IMG/VR virus record: IMGVR_UViG_3300032007_000009
Origin: a virus
Lineage: Duplodnaviria > Caudoviricetes
Reading direction: 5' to 3' (one strand)
DNA: 64,000 nucleotides
Below the pieces are notes generated by a model. That model did no database searches and was not told the DNA's origin. It saw only the letters and a program-made list of their open reading frames with translations. A program made the position numbers and the translations under genes. Positions 25,048 to 34,676 of the stretch are shown here, one piece after another (within the stretch, counting starts at the first letter, position 1; each line of letters opens with the position of its first letter).

Positions 25048-26091
25048 ATGGATAATATTGAACAATTAAAAAAAGATAATGCGAAATTAACTGAGCGTTT
25101 GAATAATGCTGCTAAATTTTTTAGAGAGCAGAAAGCACAGATAGAAGCATTGACAAAGGAAAATGAAGAATTAAAAAATTCACCTAAAGAAGAAGTAATT
25201 GATACAGAAAAATGGAATAAATTAGTTGCTGAAAAAGAAAATCTACAAAAGCAAATTGAAGGATACGAAAACGAACGTAAATCAAATGAAGCATATTCAG
25301 ATGATTTAAATAAACAATGTGACGAATATGAATTAAAGATACAAAAATTAGAAAGTGATATTGATTCTAAAGATAAAGCGTATAAAGTTCTTCAAGATAC
25401 ATATAATGAAGTATTTGCTGAAAATAAAACATATAAAAAACAATTAAAAGAAGCAAATACAGCTGCACTTAATGTTTCGGCTAAATTTGAAGAATTAAAA
25501 GAATTGAATAATAAACTTAAAGAAGATTTAGAAAAAAGTATTAATCAAATAAAAGTAACAGAAAAACAATCTGATGAAGAATTAAAAAAGATAACGACTG
25601 CTCGTGATGAATGGATAACGAAATATAAAGAATTAGAAAAAGAAATAAAAAATATATCAGATACTCATAAAAAAGAAGTTAAAGAAATTGAAGATCAGAG
25701 TAAAAAAATAATGGATTCTTATGAAGCAGATATACAAAAGCAAAAAGAAGAAATTACTGTATTAAATACTCAACTTGGAGAAACTGAAGAAAGATATGAT
25801 AAATTAAATATTCAATATGATAAGTTAGAAAATGAAAAATTAGCTATACAATCAGATTTAGATAATCTTCAAGATAAATATAATAAATTAGAAAATGAAT
25901 ATAATTCTTTAGAAAATAAAACTGAAATTTATTCAAAATCAGATGATGTATTAGCAAAAATTATTGATATAATATCAAATAGTGGTTTAATAAATAAAAA
26001 CGTATTAAGCCCACAAGTTGCAATAAAAGAAGATAATACAATACATCGTATGGGAGACAATATGGTAAGTGGAAATAATATTGGAGTATGA
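25048..26091 (+). CDS. Long coiled-coil protein
   Basis: Heptad-rich E/K/L sequence. Confidence 0.75.
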   Translation: MDNIEQLKKDNAKLTERLNNAAKFFREQKAQIEALTKENEELKNSPKEEVIDTEKWNKLVAEKENLQKQIEGYENERKSNEAYSDDLNKQCDEYELKIQKLESDIDSKDKAYKVLQDTYNEVFAENKTYKKQLKEANTAALNVSAKFEELKELNNKLKEDLEKSINQIKVTEKQSDEELKKITTARDEWITKYKELEKEIKNISDTHKKEVKEIEDQSKKIMDSYEADIQKQKEEITVLNTQLGETEERYDKLNIQYDKLENEKLAIQSDLDNLQDKYNKLENEYNSLENKTEIYSKSDDVLAKIIDIISNSGLINKNVLSPQVAIKEDNTIHRMGDNMVSGNNIGV

Positions 26092-26495
26092 TATTTTTTA
26101 AATTATCTGAAGATTTAATAATAAATTTAGAACATATTTACATATTATCTAAAAGTGATAATGAAGTAGATATTAAAATATGGGAAAGTAATTATGAAGA
26201 TTATCTTAAAGAACTAACTCAAAAACCAATACCATTTAATATAGATGGTGAATATTATATACCAAATTTTAATGAAGTAAATAATGATTTAGATAAGTTA
26301 TCCAAATATATGAAAGAATTAGATTCATATATTATTGAAATAATAGGTAAAAAACCAACATATAAAGAAATTTATTTTACCATATTAAATACGGGTAATA
26401 AAATTGAAGTTAGTAAAGAAGTATATATAAAATTAAAAGAAGAATTAGAAAAATATGATATTAAAAAAAATAATCAAAAGGTGGAAAGCAATTAA
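26088..26495 (+). CDS. Hypothetical protein
   Basis: ATGA overlap with upstream gene. Confidence 0.65.
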   Translation: MIFFKLSEDLIINLEHIYILSKSDNEVDIKIWESNYEDYLKELTQKPIPFNIDGEYYIPNFNEVNNDLDKLSKYMKELDSYIIEIIGKKPTYKEIYFTILNTGNKIEVSKEVYIKLKEELEKYDIKKNNQKVESN

Positions 26496-26844
26496 AGCTT
26501 TATTAAACTGTGATGAATATTTTTTAGGTGTATCTACTTTTAAAAATGGATTTGATGTAATATGTTATGATTATATAAAAAATACTGAAAGAGATTTATT
26601 TTATAATTTTGTACATGATTATATTGAAAATAATTTAAGATGTATATCTGGAGATTTTATTTGTGTACGTCCTTATGAAGATAAAGAAGAAGGAATATTT
26701 ATTCCTAAAGGAATAACAATTACTTTAAATGAAGGGCAGGGAAATTTAGTTTTTAATAAAAATGAAAATAGTGATACTAAATCATATAAGATACCTAATG
26801 AAGAAATATTTTCACATTTTAAATGTATAAACAATTATGATTAA
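26455..26844 (+). CDS. Hypothetical protein
   Basis: ORF track. Confidence 0.6.
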   Translation: MILKKIIKRWKAIKALLNCDEYFLGVSTFKNGFDVICYDYIKNTERDLFYNFVHDYIENNLRCISGDFICVRPYEDKEEGIFIPKGITITLNEGQGNLVFNKNENSDTKSYKIPNEEIFSHFKCINNYD

Positions 26845-27265
26845 TTTAATTAAAGATTTTATTGAAACTTATAAGCAAGTATATAAAGAAAGACTAACAG
26901 CTAAATCATATTTAAAAATAATTCATAATAAACATAAAGAATTTAAAAATGTTTATAAAATTTGTAATAATATTGAAAATGATTTAAATGATGTTTATCT
27001 TTATTGTCCTATAGAGCAACGTCAAGATTTTATTCAAGCAACATTAGATTTTTTTAACGGATGGACTAAAAAAATTAAATGTTTAGTAAATACTATTGAA
27101 CAATACTATTCAGATTGTTATGATTTATATAAAAAGAGAGAATATTCTTTAATGGAAAATAAATATAAAGAATTGAATTATTATATTAGTGAACAATTAT
27201 GGGGAGATAAATATTTATATAAAAATTTATTAAAAGAATATAATAGAATAACATCAAAAGAGTAA
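26837..27265 (+). CDS. Hypothetical protein
   Basis: ORF track; terminator AAAGAGTAAC/GTTACTCTTT at 3' end. Confidence 0.65.
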   Translation: MINLIKDFIETYKQVYKERLTAKSYLKIIHNKHKEFKNVYKICNNIENDLNDVYLYCPIEQRQDFIQATLDFFNGWTKKIKCLVNTIEQYYSDCYDLYKKREYSLMENKYKELNYYISEQLWGDKYLYKNLLKEYNRITSKE

Positions 27266-27367
27266 CATATGTTACTCTTTTTTATTTAACTATGAAATTT
27301 AAATATTATATAAATTATTGAAATATTTTATGTTTTAAACTATATTTTAATAAATCAAATAAATAAT

Positions 27368-29467
27368 ATGATAAATAAAGTATATACTAATGATTGGTTC
27401 GGTCGTTCTGGTGAATATATTTTAAAGAATGAGGACTTAGAAATTGGATTTGCTAAAACACCACAAAATCAGTATTCTCAATATCTTTATGATGAACATA
27501 AAGCTGAACAGATTTGTTCAGACATTAAGTTGATGATTAATGAAATGAGTCATATTATTCGAGCAATAGGTTTAAATAATGTAAGATTTAAATTATCAAA
27601 GAATGTTGAAACTGCATGTACAGATGGTAAATCAATTTATGTAGGTGTAGGAGATAATTATAAAAATATAAATGATGTATATGAAAAGTTAGACCGTGTA
27701 ATTGGTATGACAATTCATGAATGTTGTCACTGTTTATATACAGATTTTAATTATATTAAATATAACTTAACGGGTAAAAGTCAGTTAATTCATCACATTC
27801 ATAACGTTATAGAAGATGAAATGATTGAAAATAAGTTATGTTTATTATATCCAGGTTACGGAAATTTTCTTGCTAAATTAAAATATAATATTTTTGAAAA
27901 GGAATTAAAAAATAATGACGATAATTCAGAACTTAATAAGATTCTTGAAATATTGTTTTATTTAATTAGATATCCTAAGCTTTTAGCAAATATTTCAGAA
28001 GCAGATTTTAAAAAATATGAATCTTTATTCATTAAAATTAAGAAAATAATGGGTGAAGAGAAATGTTTTACATTAACATATAAAGAATGTACAAAATCTT
28101 CAATTAATGCAGCAATTAGAATTTATGAACTACTTGCAGAATATATTGATGAAAATGAAATATCTGGTAAATCAGGTAAAGGTAATAATTCTTCAGATAA
28201 TTCAAATGAATCAGAAAATGAATCTGATGAAAATGAATTAAATGAAAGTATTGAAACTAATGAAGATGAATCAGAAGAAAATGAATCTGATAAAAATGAA
28301 TTAAATGATTCAAATGATTCAAGTGAAATTAAAGATTCAAAATCAGATGAAAATGAAACTTCAAATAATTTAGATTCTGATGAAGACGATATGATTACTC
28401 CTGAAATTGTTGATGACAATATTGAAATAGAAATTGGAGAAGAATCAACATTAGATAATAATGGGATTGTTGATACTATGAATAGTATTAATGAAAACGA
28501 TATTACATCAACTTCTGAATCTCCTATTGCGAATAAAATTATTGTTCAACATACAGATATTGAAGAAAAAGAAACTACAGAAGAAATTATCAAAGAATGT
28601 GATGAATATAAAGAAAAGAATAGTTTAAATACAAATAAAATTTATGATTATAATATTGAAGACAAAAATACATATATGAAATATTATAATGATATTAAGT
28701 CATATATTCCAATAACACAGAAAATTATTATTCCTAATAATAAAAGTATTGAATACAAAAATGAACAATACCGTAGAAATGGTTCATTAGATCCCACGAG
28801 GCTTGCAAATGCAATGTGTAATGAACAAACAGTTTATACACAGAAATCATTTAAGATTTCAAATAATGATCCAAAATATGCATTAGTAATTCTTTTGGAT
28901 GAGTCAGGTTCAATGGAAGATATGAATGTTAATGTATTTGCTTCTAAACTTGCTATTTTATTTTATGAAAGTTTTAAGAATTATCCAAATATACGGTTAT
29001 TCATATATGGACATGGTGATTGTATTTATAGATATATTGATACTAAACATAATAACAAATTTGTATTAGGTAATCGTCGTTCACAGATGAGTCAGAATGA
29101 AGTAATAACATATAACACTGTTATTGAGGATGTTAAGTCACAGACAAATTTACCAATTGTAGTATTTAATCTAACTGATTCATTATATTGTTCAAACGAT
29201 TCAGATCTTAAAGAATGTGTTAATAATATTATTAATGATAAAACTCGTAAGATATCGCTTAATCTTGTAGTACTTAGAAAAGATGAAACTCATTGGGGTT
29301 GGTGTTCATCAACTATTAATGATGATATTTATGGAAAAGGACATTATGTTGTATATCATCACACATTATTTAAATCTTCAAATGAATTAATGTTTATATC
29401 TACATTAAAATCATTAGGTAAAATCATTATAGATAATTTTAATAAAAGAAAATTAAAAAATGAATAA
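27368..29467 (+). CDS. CobT-like protein: HExxH domain, acidic linker, VWA domain (MoxR partner)
   Basis: TACTDG, HECCH, NVIED; GSLDPTRL; MIDAS DESGSM. Confidence 0.85.
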   Translation: MINKVYTNDWFGRSGEYILKNEDLEIGFAKTPQNQYSQYLYDEHKAEQICSDIKLMINEMSHIIRAIGLNNVRFKLSKNVETACTDGKSIYVGVGDNYKNINDVYEKLDRVIGMTIHECCHCLYTDFNYIKYNLTGKSQLIHHIHNVIEDEMIENKLCLLYPGYGNFLAKLKYNIFEKELKNNDDNSELNKILEILFYLIRYPKLLANISEADFKKYESLFIKIKKIMGEEKCFTLTYKECTKSSINAAIRIYELLAEYIDENEISGKSGKGNNSSDNSNESENESDENELNESIETNEDESEENESDKNELNDSNDSSEIKDSKSDENETSNNLDSDEDDMITPEIVDDNIEIEIGEESTLDNNGIVDTMNSINENDITSTSESPIANKIIVQHTDIEEKETTEEIIKECDEYKEKNSLNTNKIYDYNIEDKNTYMKYYNDIKSYIPITQKIIIPNNKSIEYKNEQYRRNGSLDPTRLANAMCNEQTVYTQKSFKISNNDPKYALVILLDESGSMEDMNVNVFASKLAILFYESFKNYPNIRLFIYGHGDCIYRYIDTKHNNKFVLGNRRSQMSQNEVITYNTVIEDVKSQTNLPIVVFNLTDSLYCSNDSDLKECVNNIINDKTRKISLNLVVLRKDETHWGWCSSTINDDIYGKGHYVVYHHTLFKSSNELMFISTLKSLGKIIIDNFNKRKLKNE

Positions 29468-29507
29468 TAAGTTTTATTTTTAAATAAATATGTATTTTAA
29501 CTAATAA

Positions 29508-30473
29508 ATGGATATCAAGGATATCTTAGAACATAATAGACAAATAAATGTTAAAAGATTAGAAGATAAAGAAATTGCAAGAGAAATCATAATTACTTTA
29601 TCTAAATGTACATTTATATTATTTAGTTGGAAATATTTACAAGATAACGGAATAAATGGAATAAAAAATTATTCAAACATTTATTTTAATCCTGAATTGT
29701 TACAAGAAAATTATAATGAAACAATTAAAGCAAATGAGTATTTAGTAAATTGGACAAAAGATAATTATTTAGAAATATTTGAAAACTTAGATAACAGATA
29801 CATATTGGAAGGATTTGAATTTTATATATCAAATTTTGATTCTTTAGAAGATGTAATTAATGATATTAATAAAAAAGAAGATAATATAAAATTTGCAAAT
29901 AGACCTGAAAAGGTATTACGTCATTTTAGAATAATACTATGTAATAATAAACATAATAATTTTGATAAAAATTTTGTTAATCTTACAAATACAACACAAA
30001 AGTTTTTCAATAAAGCAACAAATGATTCTTTAAAAAATACTGATAAGATAACTGTCATAACTGATGAATTGCCAAATAATTATATTATTGCATTAAAAGG
30101 TTTTACATTAGAAGATATTATTAATAAAGCAAATGATGATAATATTATAGAAAATAAATATTATTCATCTGTTGAAGAACTTAATGCAAGTATAGATAAT
30201 ATAACTGATAAGTTTAATGAACTTATATTAGATTATATTAATCTTATGCCTGAAGGTAGTGAAATAATTAATGCTACTGAAACGACAATTAAAAGTTATA
30301 TTGAAAAATTTAAAAATGAAGAAATTTATAATGTTTATATATTAACAAATAATGATATGTATAATTCTGAATTAACTAATATACCTAAAATATTAGAAAT
30401 ACCTGAAGAAAATATTATATATAGTGAAAAGGATAAAAATAAAATTATTAATATGATATTAAATGAACAATAA
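29508..30473 (+). CDS. Hypothetical protein
   Basis: ORF track. Confidence 0.7.
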   Translation: MDIKDILEHNRQINVKRLEDKEIAREIIITLSKCTFILFSWKYLQDNGINGIKNYSNIYFNPELLQENYNETIKANEYLVNWTKDNYLEIFENLDNRYILEGFEFYISNFDSLEDVINDINKKEDNIKFANRPEKVLRHFRIILCNNKHNNFDKNFVNLTNTTQKFFNKATNDSLKNTDKITVITDELPNNYIIALKGFTLEDIINKANDDNIIENKYYSSVEELNASIDNITDKFNELILDYINLMPEGSEIINATETTIKSYIEKFKNEEIYNVYILTNNDMYNSELTNIPKILEIPEENIIYSEKDKNKIINMILNEQ

Positions 30474-31608
30474 TGAATTGTTAAACATATTATCTATTAA
30501 AACTATTAAAGATACTGAAAATAATTATTATACATTAATAATTGTTCCTAAGACAACAGATAAATTAATAATTAGATTAACTGATTTGTTTAATACTAAT
30601 GGAATAGAATTTTTAGATTTTATTAATAGTTTTAATGAGTCTGAAGATATAAAAGAATTTTTAACAATAGGTACAGAAACATTTTTACCTATTGATAATT
30701 ATTTAATACCTAAAAGTACTGCAGATAAATATGAAATAGAAAATGAAGATATAATTGTTCCTAATGTATATAAAGAAGATTTAACTATAAATGAATATTG
30801 GAATGTCGAAACTGAAAGTAATACATTTTATTATATAATGAAAAATAAAATGAATGATTATATATTTTCAGAAGATGAACTTAATGCTCTCAATTCTACA
30901 TTTATGAAGACAATTATAAAATGGAGTACATTTGATGATTACTCTTATGGAAAGAATTCTGTATATAAGGCAGTTATTGATTTTTATGCAAATGGTGGTT
31001 ATGATTCTGCTACAATATTAATGAATACTGTATTTAATACAGAGATAAATACAACATTATCTTATGAAGATTGCGGTTGTGGTACACAAAATACATGTAC
31101 AAATACAACATCAAATGGTTTAACATCATCTATTAATACTGGAACTACAACTATTAGTTTAGATACTGCTACATGTTTAGATAAATATAAAGCAGCAATG
31201 TATCAATGGTTACAACAGATGTTAAGTGACACAGATTTTTATTGTTGTTGGATGATGACATATATGGAAGATACAAAAGAAGATATTCCTAATGATGTAT
31301 TAATTGATTTATTAATATCTTTATTAAAAGAATTTTTATCATTAGGATATGATTTATCTAATTTAGGAAATACTTCTAATTCTACATGTGGTTGTGGTCA
31401 TAAAGGTAAAGGAAATATATATACAGGAGATTGTCCAGATATATTAAATAATGATAACTTAAATAACCAATGTTCTAATTATAATATTATATTAAACTAT
31501 ATTAAAGTATTGGAATGGGTTAAGAATAATGAAATAGAAGAAAACAAAAATAAAATATATGTTTATGGAAAACAATTTGCACAAATATTTCCATTATTGA
31601 ATTTCTAA
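30463..31608 (+). CDS. Hypothetical Cys-cluster protein
   Basis: CGCG motifs twice; ORF track. Confidence 0.7.
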   Translation: MNNNELLNILSIKTIKDTENNYYTLIIVPKTTDKLIIRLTDLFNTNGIEFLDFINSFNESEDIKEFLTIGTETFLPIDNYLIPKSTADKYEIENEDIIVPNVYKEDLTINEYWNVETESNTFYYIMKNKMNDYIFSEDELNALNSTFMKTIIKWSTFDDYSYGKNSVYKAVIDFYANGGYDSATILMNTVFNTEINTTLSYEDCGCGTQNTCTNTTSNGLTSSINTGTTTISLDTATCLDKYKAAMYQWLQQMLSDTDFYCCWMMTYMEDTKEDIPNDVLIDLLISLLKEFLSLGYDLSNLGNTSNSTCGCGHKGKGNIYTGDCPDILNNDNLNNQCSNYNIILNYIKVLEWVKNNEIEENKNKIYVYGKQFAQIFPLLNF

Positions 31609-31626
31609 ATAAATTTATTATATAAT

Positions 31627-31845
31627 ATGAAAAATATTGCTAATTATATTGATGATTATATTGAAGATGATCTTTATGAATGTACATCAAGAAACATTAA
31701 AGATATGAAAGACCGTATGAAAGCTTTTAAAAAAGGTCGCCGAGAAGAAGAAATAGCAGATCATGGTCGTCCAATATCATATAATAAAACTTTTAGAGAT
31801 AAAAGTAAATATACAAGAAAGGAAAAACATAAGAATCTATATTAA
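31627..31845 (+). CDS. Small basic protein, ArfA-like ribosome rescue factor candidate
   Basis: C-terminal RREEEI..HG..DKSKYTRKEKHK resembles the ArfA-type Y-x-R-K-x-K-H tail. Confidence 0.5.
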   Translation: MKNIANYIDDYIEDDLYECTSRNIKDMKDRMKAFKKGRREEEIADHGRPISYNKTFRDKSKYTRKEKHKNLY

Positions 31846-31846
31846 T

Positions 31847-32218
31847 ATGAAAACTATTAGTACTTATATAAATGAAGGTGTAAATACATCTACATTAATT
31901 AAAAAAATTGAAAATGAATTTAAAAAAGAATTTGATAATAAAGTTACTATAGGTAAAGGAAGAAGTAATTATCAAATGTTATATGATGTATATGTTTATG
32001 ATATGTCATTAGATATATTAAAAAAAGTAAATGAAATATTAAAGAAATATCTTGCTCCTAAATATAAAGGTCTAAGTGATGACGAACTTCAGAAAAAAAT
32101 TGATGAACAACAAGAATTCTTAAATAAACATAAAGATGATAAATATGTAACTTTAGATAGATATCCAATTGAATTCATACGTTTTAGTTCAAGAGATTTA
32201 AAAAATTTAAATAAGTAA
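31847..32218 (+). CDS. Hypothetical protein (start MKTISTYINE)
   Basis: Internal ATG 1 nt after upstream stop. Confidence 0.65.
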   Translation: MKTISTYINEGVNTSTLIKKIENEFKKEFDNKVTIGKGRSNYQMLYDVYVYDMSLDILKKVNEILKKYLAPKYKGLSDDELQKKIDEQQEFLNKHKDDKYVTLDRYPIEFIRFSSRDLKNLNK

Positions 32219-32257
32219 AAGAATATAAATACATAAAAAACATAAAATAAAATAATT

Positions 32258-32623
32258 ATGAAACATTTACAAGATTATATTGTTGAATCTTCAAAAATTA
32301 ATGAAGGTGAAACAACATCTAAAACTATTACTTTTGATTTTACAGATTTAGAAAATGCAGAAGAAACTCTTAACTCTCTTAAAGATAAAGAAGGTGTGAC
32401 TGTTGAAGAAAATAAACTTACATTAACTATTAATTCAGATAATGTAGATAAATTAGATACTGTACAAGACATTCTTCAACAATTTTGCAGTACAATAAGA
32501 AATTCTAGTAAAAGAACTAATAATGAAGAATATGCACAAAAAACTGTAGAATTTGAAAAGAAAGTTAAAGAAATGAATGATGCAATTGATGAAATTAAGA
32601 ATCCTCAAAATGAAGAAGAATAA
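32258..32623 (+). CDS. Hypothetical acidic protein
   Basis: ORF track; MKHLQDYIVES N-terminus. Confidence 0.7.
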   Translation: MKHLQDYIVESSKINEGETTSKTITFDFTDLENAEETLNSLKDKEGVTVEENKLTLTINSDNVDKLDTVQDILQQFCSTIRNSSKRTNNEEYAQKTVEFEKKVKEMNDAIDEIKNPQNEEE

Positions 32624-32670
32624 TGTAAATATATTTTATTTACTATATATCTTAAAATTCATCATCTAAT

Positions 32671-32763
32671 AGCCGTCTAGGTCCTTCTAAACCCATCAAA
32701 TATATTTTTAATATAATTTATCACATGAAAAATATGATGGTTCTAGAAGGACCTAGAAAGGCT
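32671..32763. repeat. Long inverted repeat element, homologous to 13263-13320
   Basis: TCTAGGTCCTTCTA/TAGAAGGACCTAGA plus inner CCATCA/TGATGG. Confidence 0.75.
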
Positions 32764-33137
32764 TATTTATAAATTTTGTTATTTATAATTATGTAATCAC
32801 TATCTTCTAGATTTTCTATTTTATTTATTTCATCATTTGATAGTTTATATAGATTATTAAAATTATATTTACATAATTTAATTTTATTGACAATAAGATT
32901 AATTTCTTTTTGATCGTCATTAGTAACAAATAAATATTGTTCATTATTAATGACTTTATAACCAAAAGGTATAGGATTACCTTTAAATAAATAAATCATA
33001 TTGACATTAGCGGTATTTGTTAGAAAATTACTTAATGAGTCCTTTTCTTCAATTTGTTTTGTTTCTATTAAATAATTTTCTATATTATATTTTGATATAA
33101 TTAGATCTTCAATGTTATTAATATTAACTATGTTCAT
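32763..33137 (-). CDS. Hypothetical protein
   Basis: ORF track. Confidence 0.55.
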   Translation of the reverse strand: MNIVNINNIEDLIISKYNIENYLIETKQIEEKDSLSNFLTNTANVNMIYLFKGNPIPFGYKVINNEQYLFVTNDDQKEINLIVNKIKLCKYNFNNLYKLSNDEINKIENLEDSDYIIINNKIYK

Positions 33138-33209
33138 AAATTAAAAAATATATTTACATTTATATTAAAAATAGAATTTATTTTTATATAATAAAATAAA
33201 TATGTATAA

Positions 33210-34385
33210 ATGAATAATGTTTTTAATGTAACGAAGGATAAATGGCAACGTCCTTGGAACATAGAAGCTTTTGATGATTTATATAACAGAGATGAACGAT
33301 TCTTTGCAATAGTTGTAAAAGGACTTATATCATGGTTAAATAGAAATATTATTTTATATAACAAATCTATTAATCATTTTATATTTAATACTGGTTCTTC
33401 TTATTTATATGTAGAATCTAATGGATATGAATATTCATTAAATGAAACATCTGGTGAAGATACTATGTATATGGAATTACCAAGATGTATTTTGGAATTA
33501 AATTCTATAAATATACCTACAGAAGAATTATCTGCTTCATATTCACGTGGTTTTTATGAAAGACGTTCAGGTAATATGATGAATGGATATAATGCAGAAA
33601 TTAAAAGATTGCCGTTAGAATTAACAATTAATGCAAAATATTATCTCTCTAATTTCAACGAAACTATAGTATTACTTCAAGAGCTTTTAGATAAAATAGT
33701 ATTTCAGAAATATTTTAATATAACATATTTAGGACAAGAAATACAATGTTCTATTGAGTTTCCTACAGATGTTAATCCTGAAATTAATAAAATAGATATG
33801 ACTTCTCCTGAACCAAACCAGAGAAATATATCTTTAGATTTTAAAATTGTAACAAATTATCCAATTATTAATGAAAGAACAGAAATACCTACAGATAAAG
33901 TTATTGCTTCATTTGGTAGAGAAACTGTATTGACATCAAAAGATAATGAAACAGATATAATTAAACATGGTAGTATTATAGATGATGAAAATAATGGATT
34001 TAATGATGTTATAGAAGAAACAAATAAAGAATATTCTATAATAGATGAAGACGATCCAAATTATGATGTTATTTATGAAAATAATGGATGCATTGTTTCT
34101 ACGTTAATTGAAAATAATGAAATATCTTATATTGATGCATCATATGTTACTAATTTACTAGAAAAAATTAAATATAATGCATATGATGAACAATATGATG
34201 AAAATAATGATGGTGTAATAAATTATAAAGATTTAAAAGAAATTATACAAAAATTAAATAGATCTTTAGATGTTAATATTGAATATGATTCATTTATAAA
34301 TAAATTATATTTAATTCATAATAATACAAATGAAACAGAAGAAATAGATTTATCTAAATATAAAGTAGTTTTTAATAATGAGTAA
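33210..34385 (+). CDS. Tail terminator/sheath stabiliser-like protein (T4 gp15-like) with EF-hand-like motif
   Basis: ELPRCILELNSI..KRLPLELTINAKY..LLQELL pattern; DENNDGVINYKD. Confidence 0.5.
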   Translation: MNNVFNVTKDKWQRPWNIEAFDDLYNRDERFFAIVVKGLISWLNRNIILYNKSINHFIFNTGSSYLYVESNGYEYSLNETSGEDTMYMELPRCILELNSINIPTEELSASYSRGFYERRSGNMMNGYNAEIKRLPLELTINAKYYLSNFNETIVLLQELLDKIVFQKYFNITYLGQEIQCSIEFPTDVNPEINKIDMTSPEPNQRNISLDFKIVTNYPIINERTEIPTDKVIASFGRETVLTSKDNETDIIKHGSIIDDENNGFNDVIEETNKEYSIIDEDDPNYDVIYENNGCIVSTLIENNEISYIDASYVTNLLEKIKYNAYDEQYDENNDGVINYKDLKEIIQKLNRSLDVNIEYDSFINKLYLIHNNTNETEEIDLSKYKVVFNNE

Positions 34386-34659
34386 ATTAGGAAATAAAGA
34401 TAATAGTTTCGGTAAGAATTATAGTATAACTATAGCAAATGGTACTGAAGAACAGATGTCTAAAATAGGTCAGCTAGAAATTTATAATTCAATTATTATT
34501 TCTGTTCCACAAGTTAATGGAAATGACGATATTAATAAAGCATCTTTATGGGTAACTGATTCTGAAGGAAATTTATTAGAATTAGCTGTCCCAATACAAA
34601 GAATCATTAATTTAGAAAATAGAATAAATGATTTAGAAAATACGATAGGGGCTCAATAA
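34378..34659 (+). CDS. Hypothetical protein
   Basis: Overlapping start; hairpin ATAGGGG/CCCCTAT follows. Confidence 0.6.
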   Translation: MSKLGNKDNSFGKNYSITIANGTEEQMSKIGQLEIYNSIIISVPQVNGNDDINKASLWVTDSEGNLLELAVPIQRIINLENRINDLENTIGAQ

Positions 34660-34676
34660 AATGAACCCCTATTTTT

